Positions 1 to 9,644 of a stretch of 64,000 nt of DNA are shown here, piece by piece. The first letter of the stretch is position 1; every line of letters begins with the position of its first letter. Location: NCBI GenBank assembly GCA_050012475.1, contig JBEKHC010000010.1, positions 1-64,000 on the forward strand, written 5' to 3'. A model generated the notes under the pieces. It saw nothing but the letters and a program-made list of their open reading frames with translations. It had not been told where the DNA came from and made no database searches. The position numbers were made by a program, and so were the translations under genes. Source of the DNA: Candidatus Velthaea sp. Lineage in GTDB: Bacteria > Vulcanimicrobiota > Vulcanimicrobiia > Vulcanimicrobiales > Vulcanimicrobiaceae.

Positions 1-26
1 CCGGCGGCTGGGTCTTGGCTCGACAT
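1..26 (-). CDS. 5' end of an unidentified gene running off the left edge (MSSQDPAA...)
   Basis: ATG at 26 on the minus strand preceded by a GGGAGGG RBS-like sequence. Confidence 0.4.
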
Positions 27-266
27 TCCAGACACCCTCCCACCGATCTCTCTGCTTGTTTCATCACCAGCGACAAGTCGGCCCTGTTCTGTTACGACGT
101 AAAGAAATCGCAATGACGCCGGCGTTTGCTTTTCCGACCTTCGAGAACTTAGTCGTATCGCCAATACTCAAAGGTGAACCTCGAAGACAATTCGATCAAA
201 GCCTCTCAGGTCGCAATATGGGGTTCACCCAACACTCGTATCATCAGGGGCCATCTAAGGCTGCTG

Positions 267-287
267 CGGCACGAGTAAACGCCGGAC
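267..287 (+). repeat. 21-bp direct repeat, copy 1 (CGGCACGAGTAAACGCCGGAC)
   Basis: Matches 1141-1161 with one mismatch. Confidence 0.85.
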
Positions 288-332
288 CGAGGTTTGGCTG
301 ACGTTCAGGCGCAGGGCGATCTCGCTTTTTGC

Positions 333-542
333 TCACGCCGTCTTTGCGAAGCGCACTAATCTGATTGGCGCTTTGCCGCACGGTCGCGGGCTGCCGCAAG
401 CATCGAGCAATCCCGGCTGCTCCAGACGATGCGCCGCGACACGGGCCGCCAAAACAAGCTCGAGGCCTGCGGACGTCAATCGTGCTGCGATCCGAAAAGC
501 GAGATTGCCCGCCCCAATCAGCGCGAGCTTGGCGTAGCCCAA
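333..542 (-). pseudogene. Fragment of a Rossmann-fold dehydrogenase
   Basis: N-terminal LALIGAGNLA (GxGxxA) motif, then the ORF ends after 69 aa. Confidence 0.4.
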
Positions 543-605
543 AACAGTTCCTCGTTAAGAACGAATCTCAATGCCTGTTATGGACATTGGAAACGCGCCA
601 GCGGC

Positions 606-995
606 TTAGTCGCCTGTTGGCACGATTCCAGCCTGTTCGATCATGACGCATACGCAGCGTTTCGGCGCGCGCGTCCGATGTACGACGCCTTTCGGAACAG
701 TGTAGCCTTGGTGCTTTTGCAGAACGACTCCCTCACGTCCCTCGATGTCTAGGTTCAGCTCACCATCAATGACGAGGAAGAACTCATCTTGGTGGTCATG
801 TTTGTGCCAATGATACTCGCCACAGAAGACACCCAGCCGCACGAGAGCGTCATTTACGGTAGTCAGCGTCTGATTAAACCACGGCACGGTCACCGCATCC
901 GCCTCCGCAGCGACGTCGATGAGCGCGAGCGATCCAAACTTATCGTCCATGTGCACGACGTACCGATCACTGTAGTCTTCGCGCGATGTTTCCAC
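606..995 (-). CDS. Cupin domain protein
   Basis: GEYHWHKHDHQDEFFLV and VPKGVVHRT cupin motifs; GTG start at 995 after GAGGGAGAG. Confidence 0.85.
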   Translation of the reverse strand: METSREDYSDRYVVHMDDKFGSLALIDVAAEADAVTVPWFNQTLTTVNDALVRLGVFCGEYHWHKHDHQDEFFLVIDGELNLDIEGREGVVLQKHQGYTVPKGVVHRTRAPKRCVCVMIEQAGIVPTGD

Positions 996-1140
996 CTGGT
1001 ACTCTCCCTCTCTTCGGCGGCGGCTCTGCCGCATTCCACGAGCCGACACTTTCGCGTGCTTACGGCACCATACGTTCGATTGCCTCGACGGAAGGACCCG
1101 GCGCGTGAGCTGGCCGCAGCAGCAACCGTGGTTCGCCCTA

Positions 1141-1161
1141 CGACACGAGTAAACGCCGGAC
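1141..1161 (+). repeat. 21-bp direct repeat, copy 2 (CGACACGAGTAAACGCCGGAC)
   Basis: Matches 267-287 with one mismatch. Confidence 0.85.
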
Positions 1162-1335
1162 GGTCAAGAAGCTCTGCGTATGCACGTCTGCGGAAGGGCC
1201 TTTGGCCACTGCGAATAGTAGCCGGAGAGCCTCGTCTGAATCTTTCCCTCCTATCCCCCTGTCTTCAAGCCGCATGACGCGGATGGCGTTTACCTCTCGG
1301 TGCTCGAAGTTCCTCAGACGCGCCAAAACCATACG

Positions 1336-2400
1336 CTAAATTCGTTTGAACAGCGGACTGCGCGCCAGGGCCGCGTTGCCGTCGCGGGCGGTGACGAAGC
1401 GTTCGGTGTAGATGTCGCGCTCGAAGAGCCGGCCTTTCATGAGCGCTCGAATCGACGCTTCGATCATCGGCGGCGGCCCGCACAGATACGCATTCCAGCC
1501 TTTGAAACTGCCCTCGAAATGCTTCGCGGCCACATCGTGAACGAAACCCAGCGCGCCCGTCCACGTGTTCGAGCCGTCGTGCTGTGAGAGCGCGGGGACA
1601 TAGGTGAAGTTTGCGTGCTGTGCGGCGAGCGACGTGAAGACGTCGTGAAAGTACACGTCGTCGATCGTGCGCACACCGTGGAAGAGCATGATCGGCGCGG
1701 TGTACCCCGTCTCGAGCAGATCGAGCACCATTGATTTTGGACTCGAAAGCCCCGAACCGCCCGCGATGAACACCAGCGGCGCATTCGTGGAGCGCCGGAC
1801 ATAAAACCGCCCGAACGGCCCGCTCAGGGAGAGACGGTCGCCGACGGCCAAAGAGTCGTGAATGTAGCCGGTTCCGGCGCCGCCGGGCACGCGCCGAACG
1901 TGGAGCTCGATCTGCGTCGGTCGCGAAGGCGCGCTTGCGATCGAGAAGGCACGCGGACCGCTGCAGCCGGGAATCGTGACGTTGACGTACTGACCGGCTT
2001 GGAACGAGAGACCCGGCGCGGGCAGCGCGATCGACAGGATGGCGATGTCGCCGGTCGGCCGCGTGATCTCGGTGACGATCCCGGTCACGTCGCAGATGGG
2101 ATAGCGCAACGCGTCGGGCTCTTCGTCGACATCCGCTTCGATCGTTGCATCGGAATGCAAGCGCGCGCAGCACGCCAGTGCACTGCCCTCCGCCCGCTCG
2201 AAGTCTAGCAACGCGAACGGGGACGCGTCGCCCAGATCGACCTCGCCGTCGATCACGTTCACCTTGCACGTCCCGCAGAGCCCGTGCCCGCACGCATATG
2301 GCAAATAGATGCCGTTGCGCAAACAGGCGTCGAGCATGGTTTGCGACTCCTCGACCGCCACGGTTTCACCCAGCGGTTCGATCGTCAATTGGTACGTCAT
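1336..2400 (-). CDS. dmpP: Phenol hydroxylase reductase (P5), 2Fe-2S/FAD/NAD-binding
   Basis: CGHGLCGTC ferredoxin motif, RAFSIAS, GGSGLSS, YLCGPPPM; C-terminal RSPLFKRI; operon context. Confidence 0.93.
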   Translation of the reverse strand: MTYQLTIEPLGETVAVEESQTMLDACLRNGIYLPYACGHGLCGTCKVNVIDGEVDLGDASPFALLDFERAEGSALACCARLHSDATIEADVDEEPDALRYPICDVTGIVTEITRPTGDIAILSIALPAPGLSFQAGQYVNVTIPGCSGPRAFSIASAPSRPTQIELHVRRVPGGAGTGYIHDSLAVGDRLSLSGPFGRFYVRRSTNAPLVFIAGGSGLSSPKSMVLDLLETGYTAPIMLFHGVRTIDDVYFHDVFTSLAAQHANFTYVPALSQHDGSNTWTGALGFVHDVAAKHFEGSFKGWNAYLCGPPPMIEASIRALMKGRLFERDIYTERFVTARDGNAALARSPLFKRI

Positions 2401-2525
2401 CTTCCGTTACTCCGATGAAGCACTCGGTTAAAAGCGGCTTGCCGGTTCGGCCCGAGCGTTACGCGATTCGTCCAGTTAGAGTCAACACCACTACCACTCG
2501 GCCCGCAGACCCAAAAACCACAGCG

Positions 2526-2571
2526 GCTTGCGGCGAAGCCGCAAGCGCCACGGGTTCGGCGAAGCCGAACC
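2526..2571. repeat. Two perfect GGC-GAA-GCC hairpins (REP-like)
   Basis: GCTTGCGGC-GAA-GCCGCAAGC (2526-2546) and GGTTCGGC-GAA-GCCGAACC (2553-2571). Confidence 0.8.
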
Positions 2572-2574
2572 TTG

Positions 2575-2934
2575 CTAAATCGACATTCCGCCGATCCCGT
2601 CCAACCCGGGCGTTGTAAACGTGACGAGCGACTTGTGCGTGAGACCGTTCGCGGCGATGCTCGCGCCGAAGTTCGGTACGAACGGTGCGCCGTCGAGTGT
2701 CCAAGTGACGGTCGACCAGTCGATCTTGGCCCAATCCGGATGGACGCCGTAGATGCCCGGCAGCACGGCCTCCACGATCGCACCGAACGGCATGTCGGGC
2801 GGGAACGGGAAGGCCAGCGGCGCGCAGAACATCAGGTGCCGCTTCCAGTTTACATAGGTTACTTGGTTGCCGTGGAAATTGGCCGCGGCGTCGCGCACTT
2901 CGCCGCGATAATCGTAGGTTGAAGCTACTGGCAT
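2575..2934 (-). CDS. dmpO: Phenol hydroxylase gamma subunit (P4)
   Basis: NFHGNQ..Y..W..HLMFCAP, HPDWAKIDW, GLTHKS, TPGLDG motifs; position in operon. Confidence 0.92.
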   Translation of the reverse strand: MPVASTYDYRGEVRDAAANFHGNQVTYVNWKRHLMFCAPLAFPFPPDMPFGAIVEAVLPGIYGVHPDWAKIDWSTVTWTLDGAPFVPNFGASIAANGLTHKSLVTFTTPGLDGIGGMSI

Positions 2935-2946
2935 GACGATCCCCTC

Positions 2947-4485
2947 CTAACCCGACGTCTTGACGCGCTGCGCCATCCACTCGTCCCAATTTTTCTGCTC
3001 GGCCGAACCGATGTATTCCATATTGTCCGTGCCGTCGACCATGTGGTACCACTTCAGCACGTCTTTGAGGTCCGCGCCGCCGCAGTTGCCCTTGAAGATC
3101 TCGTGGACCGGCAGCCACGACTGCACGTACTTGTCCGGTTCGTAGGCGAAGATGTCGCGGCAGCCGTCCGAACAGAAGTGATACTTCTCGCCGTTGTGTT
3201 CGAGCATGCGGAAGCAGATCGCCGTCGGATCGTCGGGTTCCGTGAACGCCATCGGAATCTGACACGTGTTGCACAACTGCGGCAAGCCCATGTTGTAATA
3301 CCGCTTGCCGGCCTGCTGTTGCTCGCGCCAGTACTCGAACCGCGGGCGGTAGAGCTTGTCGAACGTCTCGGGATACTTCTCGGACAGCCACGCCATCTCT
3401 TCATCCGACGGGATCCACGTGTGGATGTGCGCCGCGTGCGTGTAGTTGTAGAAGACCGACCAGATCTCGTGCGACAGCCGGTTCTTCTCCTTGGCTGCAA
3501 CCTCGTGATACTTGGGCAGCCGGATGCCGTAGCGGCTGAGGTCCTCGAACAGCGCGCCGCCGCTCTCCTCGAAGTACATCTCCCAGGCTTCTTGCCATGA
3601 CATGACCCGTTTGGGCAGCATGTAGTCCATCATCATCGACACGAGTGCCAGCAGCCGGTAGCCGCGCCAGAACCATTTGTCGATCCAGCGCTGCACGATC
3701 GGGACGTTGGCCTCGTCTTGCTCGAGGATGAACTTGATCGTCTCGAGTCCCAGCGTCATGTGGCGTGCTTCGTCGGACTGCGCCGAGAAGCCGAAGGTGA
3801 CGGTCGCCATGTCGCCGTTGTACGCCGCGCCCGACATGAACGGCACGAAGAGCAAGTTGGTGAGGACGAACTCGAACGAGAACGAGATCGCGGTGAGGAA
3901 CTCGAACGGGCCGGCCGTGCGCGCGTCGTCGAAAAATGACTTGGGCACGGAGAGAAACCAGACCCGGTCGTGCATGTACGTCGGATCGTGCAGGCCGTCG
4001 AAGAACTTGTTGTAGTGGCTGACGGCGTGCATCTGAGTCTGCGCGTGGCGCAGTTCGTCGATCGCCTGCATCTGGCAGGCAACCCGCGCGCCGACGCCGC
4101 GGAAATGCCGGCCGACGTGGGCGAAGCCGCGGTGCGCCGCGTACTCGAGCGGCGAAACGCCGGTCAGGAACAGCTTGATCGCGTTGATGTAGCGCGCGTC
4201 GGTGATCCCGAGATGACCGTTGTTCTGCGCGAACGAATCGATGACGGCGTAGAGTTTGCGCTCTTTCTCCGCTTGATATTTCCAGTACGCGTCCATCGTG
4301 AGCCGGAACGGATCCTGCCAGGCATCCCAATCGTGGATCTTGATGCCCTCGAACGTTTCGAGCGGAAAGATCTTCTCGACGGGCTGGTACGTCGGCTCCC
4401 AGTCCAGTCCGCGCGTCTGCAGCGCGTAACGCTCTTTGAGGCCGAGCTTCTTTTTAGCGGTCTTGGGCGCTTGCGGTGCGATCAT
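2947..4485 (-). CDS. dmpN: Phenol hydroxylase large (alpha, diiron) subunit (P3)
   Basis: Two diiron motifs DELRH and DEARH; WQDPFRLTMDAYWKYQ; C-terminal YHS-like FCSDGC; ATG at 4485. Confidence 0.96.
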   Translation of the reverse strand: MIAPQAPKTAKKKLGLKERYALQTRGLDWEPTYQPVEKIFPLETFEGIKIHDWDAWQDPFRLTMDAYWKYQAEKERKLYAVIDSFAQNNGHLGITDARYINAIKLFLTGVSPLEYAAHRGFAHVGRHFRGVGARVACQMQAIDELRHAQTQMHAVSHYNKFFDGLHDPTYMHDRVWFLSVPKSFFDDARTAGPFEFLTAISFSFEFVLTNLLFVPFMSGAAYNGDMATVTFGFSAQSDEARHMTLGLETIKFILEQDEANVPIVQRWIDKWFWRGYRLLALVSMMMDYMLPKRVMSWQEAWEMYFEESGGALFEDLSRYGIRLPKYHEVAAKEKNRLSHEIWSVFYNYTHAAHIHTWIPSDEEMAWLSEKYPETFDKLYRPRFEYWREQQQAGKRYYNMGLPQLCNTCQIPMAFTEPDDPTAICFRMLEHNGEKYHFCSDGCRDIFAYEPDKYVQSWLPVHEIFKGNCGGADLKDVLKWYHMVDGTDNMEYIGSAEQKNWDEWMAQRVKTSG

Positions 4486-4486
4486 G

Positions 4487-4759
4487 TTACTTTCTCCACT
4501 CCAGAATGAAATGGTCGTCGTCTTCATCCACGCTGCCGGACATGCTCACGAGCGTCAACTGCAGTTCTTGAACGTCCCAGGCGCGGCCGATGCGTTCTTC
4601 GACGCTGGCTCGGTTGACGACGAGCCGGCCGGCGACGTCGATCTTGACCATCGACGGATAGTCGGCGACCTGCGCCCCGGGGTTGTCGGCGACGATCGCC
4701 TCGATGATCCCGCGTGCGTCGTCGTTGTTTTGCAAGGTGATCGATACGTTGGAGGCCAT
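4487..4759 (-). CDS. dmpM: Phenol hydroxylase activator (P2, MmoB/DmpM family)
   Basis: 90 aa; IIEAIVADNP, PSMVKID, LVSMSG; position in operon. Confidence 0.93.
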   Translation of the reverse strand: MASNVSITLQNNDDARGIIEAIVADNPGAQVADYPSMVKIDVAGRLVVNRASVEERIGRAWDVQELQLTLVSMSGSVDEDDDHFILEWRK

Positions 4760-4763
4760 GCGA

Positions 4764-5762
4764 TTACACCGTCAATCCCACGGCGACGGCGCGCCGGTTG
4801 AGGCGTTCGATCGCCCGGGTGACGGCGGCCTCGCCGCCGGCATCGAGAACCTCGTCGGCCAGTGGCGCCACGGCGTCCACCGCTCGTAGGCGCCAATCGA
4901 CGAACCAACGCGAGAGCAGCGCCCGGTTCGCATCCGATTCCGCCGCCGCGACCTTGAGAACCGCGTCGATCCAGCGGCTCGTATCCGCGAACCACTCGAG
5001 GAAGGCTTCACCCAGCAGCGTCATCGCCGTCGCGTCGTGCGTTCGCCCGCGCTCGTCGAAGTCGGTGAACCACAGCGGATAGACCAGGCCGTCCATCACG
5101 AAGTCTTGCGCCAGCAGCAACTCGAACCAGTCGCTCACGACAAGCGTGTCTTCGACGAGCCGGCGCATCGGCTGCCAGAACGCGTCGTCCATCCAGCGCT
5201 GCTTTGCTTGCGCGAGCCGGTCGCCGGTGTTGCCGTCGACGAGCAGGCCGATCCGGCTGATCATTTGAGCCAGGCCCAGCCGATCCATCGTCGCGTACAT
5301 CGTCGCCTGCGTGATCGCCGTGCCGTAGCCCTCGTCGGTGATGCGGCAGTTGTTCATGTTGGCGCCCCACTCGTAGTGCCGCAGCGGCAGCAGGTACTCG
5401 CACAGCATTTCCCGCCACGGGCTGGGCAGCGCGTCCAGCGCGCCGAGCTTCTCGACGAAGCCGCACGAACGATCGAACTGTTCGCTCAGCTTCGCGCGCG
5501 ACTGCGTATACGTGCCGTAGTAGAACTGGCGGGGGTCGAGCAGTGCGTACCAATCGTTCATGACGATCGCCGTGCGGGCTTTGTCGTGCAGCTCGAAGCG
5601 TTCGTCCCACAACGGTTTGTAATGGAAATTCACCGAAGCCTGCATGTCGAATGTGGCTTCTTGATAGCGCGACGCCGGCTTGTCGCCGCCGATCCGGCGC
5701 GCGACATTCGCATACGTGTGGCGCCTCGCCGCGGTACCGATGGTTTTGATGTCAAGCGACAT
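4764..5762 (-). CDS. dmpL: Phenol hydroxylase beta subunit (P1)
   Basis: ASRYQEAT, NFHYKPLW, DPRQFYY, PLRHYEWGANMNN. Confidence 0.94.
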   Translation of the reverse strand: MSLDIKTIGTAARRHTYANVARRIGGDKPASRYQEATFDMQASVNFHYKPLWDERFELHDKARTAIVMNDWYALLDPRQFYYGTYTQSRAKLSEQFDRSCGFVEKLGALDALPSPWREMLCEYLLPLRHYEWGANMNNCRITDEGYGTAITQATMYATMDRLGLAQMISRIGLLVDGNTGDRLAQAKQRWMDDAFWQPMRRLVEDTLVVSDWFELLLAQDFVMDGLVYPLWFTDFDERGRTHDATAMTLLGEAFLEWFADTSRWIDAVLKVAAAESDANRALLSRWFVDWRLRAVDAVAPLADEVLDAGGEAAVTRAIERLNRRAVAVGLTV

Positions 5763-6004
5763 ACGGTTCTGCCTCCGAAGATATGGGAGCCGAAAAGAGA
5801 CAAGCGCAACGTGACCGTGCGGGATCGCGAAAACGATGACGCAGTGAGTCGGGAACGTTCAGCGATGAGGAAGGAAGCGTTGAGTTGAGCTTATGGTCAG
5901 GACATTAATTTGGATTTCGAGCTAGAGCGAGCATCGGGCACGGTCGATCGGAATTTCGAACGACGGACCGATGACGCTCGCGTACGGACGAAGACGCGGG
6001 TCGT

Positions 6005-6256
6005 TCAGGAAGTCAAATTTGACGGAACGGACAGGAGGTCGGTATAGGCGCGCTCGGCGTCAGGCGTCGCGAAGCGCAATTCCGCATTGCGCGCGCCTTG
6101 AAATTCGCGCAGCGCGTGCAGCGGCATGATCAATTCGACGGCCAGCGCGCCGTCCGCAAGCGAATACTCGAATTCAACGAAGACGGCACGCCGCACGCCG
6201 CGCACGGTGACGACGGCCGAACCGAGGGTAATGGTACCCGCGTCCTCGACTCTCAT
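6005..6256 (-). CDS. dmpK: Phenol hydroxylase assembly subunit (P0)
   Basis: FVEFEYSL.D..LAVELIMP..A..EF motif; ATGA overlap with the upstream tautomerase. Confidence 0.8.
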   Translation of the reverse strand: MRVEDAGTITLGSAVVTVRGVRRAVFVEFEYSLADGALAVELIMPLHALREFQGARNAELRFATPDAERAYTDLLSVPSNLTS

Positions 6257-6441
6257 TGAGGTTCGCCTTTCGGCTCGCCGGCGACGGACCAGTGAAAGGC
6301 CGGAACTTCCCGCAGCACGACGCGGATCGTCGCTCGCGGCGCGCCGATGGCTTCTTCTACCGCATCGGTCACGCGGCGCATGAGCGCGCGCTTCGCGTCG
6401 TTGCTGCGGCCTTCGACCAGGGTGATCTCCACGAACGGCAT
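6253..6441 (-). CDS. dmpI: 4-oxalocrotonate (2-hydroxymuconate) tautomerase
   Basis: 62 aa, N-terminal MP (catalytic Pro-1), EGRS..AKRAL, IRVVLREVP..HW..AG. Confidence 0.92.
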   Translation of the reverse strand: MPFVEITLVEGRSNDAKRALMRRVTDAVEEAIGAPRATIRVVLREVPAFHWSVAGEPKGEPQ

Positions 6442-6443
6442 CG

Positions 6444-7211
6444 CTAGTTCGCTCGCACGGCGAAGCTGACCGATCCCAAACGCTCGACCGTGAGCCGCAC
6501 GCGCTGGCCCGGAGCAAGTGCCTCGGCAGCCGTGGCGCCGCCGCTCATGATGATGTCGCCGGCGTTGAGCTGCTCGCCGGCGGCTGCGACCAGCCGTGCC
6601 GCGGCGACGAGCGCGCGCGCCGGGTGATCGAGCACCGCGGCGCTCGAACCGATTTGAACGGGCTGACCGTCGATCTCCATGAGCATGCCCAAATTCGATA
6701 CGTCGGTGTGCGGATCGGCCCACGGGCCGACGACGAAGCCCGACGACGACGTGTTGTCGGCCACGACGTCGGTAAGCGAAAACTTGAAATTCTCGTAGCG
6801 GCTGTCGATGATTTCGAGCGCCGGCGCAACCGCTTCGACCGCGGCCAGGGCGGCAGGCATCGTGACCCGGCCGGCCAGCGGCGACTTCAAGAGAAACGCG
6901 ATCTCCGGTTCGACGCGCGGGTGAACGTAGTGCCGCAAATCGATGATCGTGCCGTCGTCGACGAGCATCCCGTCGGTGAGGCGGCCCCAGATCATCTCAT
7001 CAAGCCCCATCTGCACCATCTTGGCGCGGCTGGTGAAGCCCATCTTCACGCCGATGCGCCGTTCTCCACGCGCGTAGCGGCGCGCGAGTGAGAGCGCCTG
7101 GACGCGGTACGCTTCGTCGAGATCGATCGGTTCGGCGAGTTGCGCGACGGCCTGCGCGTGCAGTGCGGCATCGTCGAGCCGCTGCGCGAGTTGTGCCAGA
7201 TCGGTTATCAT
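6444..7211 (-). CDS. dmpH: 4-oxalocrotonate decarboxylase
   Basis: GVKMGFTSRAKMVQMG, HPRVEPEIAF, IIDSRYENFKF, VVADNTSS. Confidence 0.92.
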   Translation of the reverse strand: MITDLAQLAQRLDDAALHAQAVAQLAEPIDLDEAYRVQALSLARRYARGERRIGVKMGFTSRAKMVQMGLDEMIWGRLTDGMLVDDGTIIDLRHYVHPRVEPEIAFLLKSPLAGRVTMPAALAAVEAVAPALEIIDSRYENFKFSLTDVVADNTSSSGFVVGPWADPHTDVSNLGMLMEIDGQPVQIGSSAAVLDHPARALVAAARLVAAAGEQLNAGDIIMSGGATAAEALAPGQRVRLTVERLGSVSFAVRAN

Positions 7212-8026
7212 GCCGCCGCCTTTGCAAAGTTGACCGCTGCCGCGCCCAGGCCGTTGATCCGCGCCTCGAACCGGTCACCCGGCTGTGCGGCGATCATCGG
7301 GCCGAGCGCGCCGGAAAGCACGACGTCGCCCGCGCCCAGCGGACGGCCGACGGCGGCCATCTTTTCGGCTAACCACAGCAGCGCGTTGAGCGGATGTCCG
7401 AGCGCGGCGGCGCCGGCGCCGAACGAAACCGACTCGCCGTTTTTATACAGCGTCATGCCGCATAGCCGCGCATCGAAATCAGCCAGGCGCACCGGCCGTT
7501 CGCCCAACACGAACAGCCCCGACGAGGCGTTGTCGGCAACCGTGTCGAGAATCTTGATGTTCCATTTGGCGATCCGGCTGTCGACGATTTCGAGCGCCGG
7601 CAGCGCATACGCGACGGCCCCGATGATGTCGGCCATCGTCAACCGTTCGGCGGTCAGGTCGCGTTCGAGGACGAATGCGATTTCGGCTTCGACTTTGGCT
7701 TGCATGAGTCGCCCGGCAGCGATGTCGTCGCCGCTGAGCAACGCCATGCGATCGAAAAGCATGCCGTAATCCGGTTGCGCGACACCCAGTTGGCGCTGCA
7801 CGCTCTTCGCCGTCAGCCCGATCTTGCGGCCGATGAGCCGGAGGCCCTCGTCCAGCCAGCGATTGGTGTTGACCTCTTGGATCGCGTACGCCGTCTCGAT
7901 CGGCGCGTCGCCGAGCTCATCGCGCAACGGCCCGATCGGCACGCCGCTCGTATATGCTTCGTAGAGCCGCTGGGCGAACGCCGCGAGCTGCGCTTTTCCC
8001 GGCGGCGTGGTCACGACGGCGGTCAC
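7208..8026 (-). CDS. dmpE: 2-keto-4-pentenoate hydratase
   Basis: GRKIGLT, QPDYG, KVEAEIAF, DTVADNASSG; GTG start overlapping the dmpC stop. Confidence 0.92.
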   Translation of the reverse strand: MTAVVTTPPGKAQLAAFAQRLYEAYTSGVPIGPLRDELGDAPIETAYAIQEVNTNRWLDEGLRLIGRKIGLTAKSVQRQLGVAQPDYGMLFDRMALLSGDDIAAGRLMQAKVEAEIAFVLERDLTAERLTMADIIGAVAYALPALEIVDSRIAKWNIKILDTVADNASSGLFVLGERPVRLADFDARLCGMTLYKNGESVSFGAGAAALGHPLNALLWLAEKMAAVGRPLGAGDVVLSGALGPMIAAQPGDRFEARINGLGAAAVNFAKAAA

Positions 8027-9522
8027 AGCTTGATGCACACGTTGCGCAGTTCTGAGTAGAACTCCAACCCGTGCACGCCGCCTTCTCGGCCGATCCCGGA
8101 TTGCTTCGAGCCGCCGAACGGCGTGCGCAGATCGCGCAGAAACCACGAATTGACCCACACCAAACCGACTTCGAGTTTGCCCGCAACGCGGTGCGCGCGC
8201 GACAGATCGCGCGTCCACACCGCGGCGTCGAGACCGTACGCCGAATCATTGGCGCGCGCGATGACTTCATCTTCACTATCGAATGGCGAGATGTGGCAGC
8301 AGGGTCCGAAGATTTCTTCGCGCAGCACCGCCGAATCGTCGCCGAGCCCAGTCCAAATCGTCGGCTGGATCCAAGCTCCGCCGGTCAAAGCCGGCGACAG
8401 TTGCGGCACGCCGCCGCCCGTGACCACCGTAGCGCCCGCCGCGGCGGCTTTCTCGTAGTACGACAAAACTTTGTCGCGATGACCGATGCTCACGAGCGGC
8501 CCCATCGTCGTCTCGGCATCGTCCGGCACGCCGTAGCGGAAACGCTCTGCGCGCGCTTTGAGCGCGGAAACGAAGCGCTCGAAGATCGGCCGCTGCACGT
8601 AGACACGTTCGGTTCCCAAGCACACCTGGCCGGTGTTGGCGAAGCACGAACGCGACGTTCCTTCAACGGCCGCGTCGAAATCGCAATCGGCGAAGACCAC
8701 CGCGGCGTTCTTGCCGCCCAACTCGAACGAAACCGGCCGCACGCCGTCGGCGGCAACTTTCATGATCGCCGTTCCGGTCGACGTTTCGCCGGTGAAGGTG
8801 AATGCATCGACGCCGCGATTTTGGGTGAGGAACTCGCCCGCGGAATTCGGCCCAAAGCCGTTGACCACGTTGTACACGCCCGGCGGAATGCCGACCGTAT
8901 TCATCACTTCGCCGAGCAGCGTCGCCGTGCTCGGCGTTTCCTCCGACGGCTTGACCACGACGGTGTTGCCGCACGCCAACGCCGGACCAACTTTCCAGGT
9001 CATCAGGAGCAACGGCAGATTCCACGGACTGATGACGCCGACCACGCCGCGCGGCCGCCGAACGCTGTAGTTGAGCGCGCGTCCGCCGTCGGGCGTCGTC
9101 ATCTCGAACGCTTCCGTCGGCACGTTGCGCACGATGTCGGCGAAGATCTTGAAATTCGCCGCGCCGCGCGGGATGTCGAGGTGGCTCGCCAGCGTCACCG
9201 GCTTGCCCGTGTCGTTGACTTCGGCCAACAAGAAATCGTCGAAGCGGCGGGTGATCTCGCCGGCGATCGCCGCGACGAGGTCGGCACGCTCGGCGACGCC
9301 CAGTTTGCCCCACGGACCGTCGAGCGCCGCGCGGGCAGCGCGCACGGCGGCATCCACGTCATTTCGATCGGCCTCGTGAACGATGCTGACGACCGAACCG
9401 TCGACAGGGCTGACGTTCTCAAACCGCCGTCCGCCGCCGTCGACGTATTTGCCGCCGATGAAGTTACGCGTTTGCGCGACGGCCGAGTCAGTGGCGCGAC
9501 CGGGATGCGCTTGTGTCTGCAC
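8023..9522 (-). CDS. dmpC: 2-hydroxymuconic semialdehyde dehydrogenase
   Basis: ALDH motifs PWNLP, FTGET, ELGGKN, GQVCL, EEIFGP; HLDIPRGAANF; GTG at 9522 after AAAGGAG. Confidence 0.94.
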   Translation of the reverse strand: MQTQAHPGRATDSAVAQTRNFIGGKYVDGGGRRFENVSPVDGSVVSIVHEADRNDVDAAVRAARAALDGPWGKLGVAERADLVAAIAGEITRRFDDFLLAEVNDTGKPVTLASHLDIPRGAANFKIFADIVRNVPTEAFEMTTPDGGRALNYSVRRPRGVVGVISPWNLPLLLMTWKVGPALACGNTVVVKPSEETPSTATLLGEVMNTVGIPPGVYNVVNGFGPNSAGEFLTQNRGVDAFTFTGETSTGTAIMKVAADGVRPVSFELGGKNAAVVFADCDFDAAVEGTSRSCFANTGQVCLGTERVYVQRPIFERFVSALKARAERFRYGVPDDAETTMGPLVSIGHRDKVLSYYEKAAAAGATVVTGGGVPQLSPALTGGAWIQPTIWTGLGDDSAVLREEIFGPCCHISPFDSEDEVIARANDSAYGLDAAVWTRDLSRAHRVAGKLEVGLVWVNSWFLRDLRTPFGGSKQSGIGREGGVHGLEFYSELRNVCIKL

Positions 9523-9644
9523 GGGTGCTCCTTTGTTACTGGAAAGACGCTCTTCGCGCACGCCGCTTCGCGTTCGGCTTCGCGACGCCGCGCCGGCAAT
9601 GGCCGAGTCGGGTCGAGGGCCGGCGCGAAGGCTGCGCGCCGATA

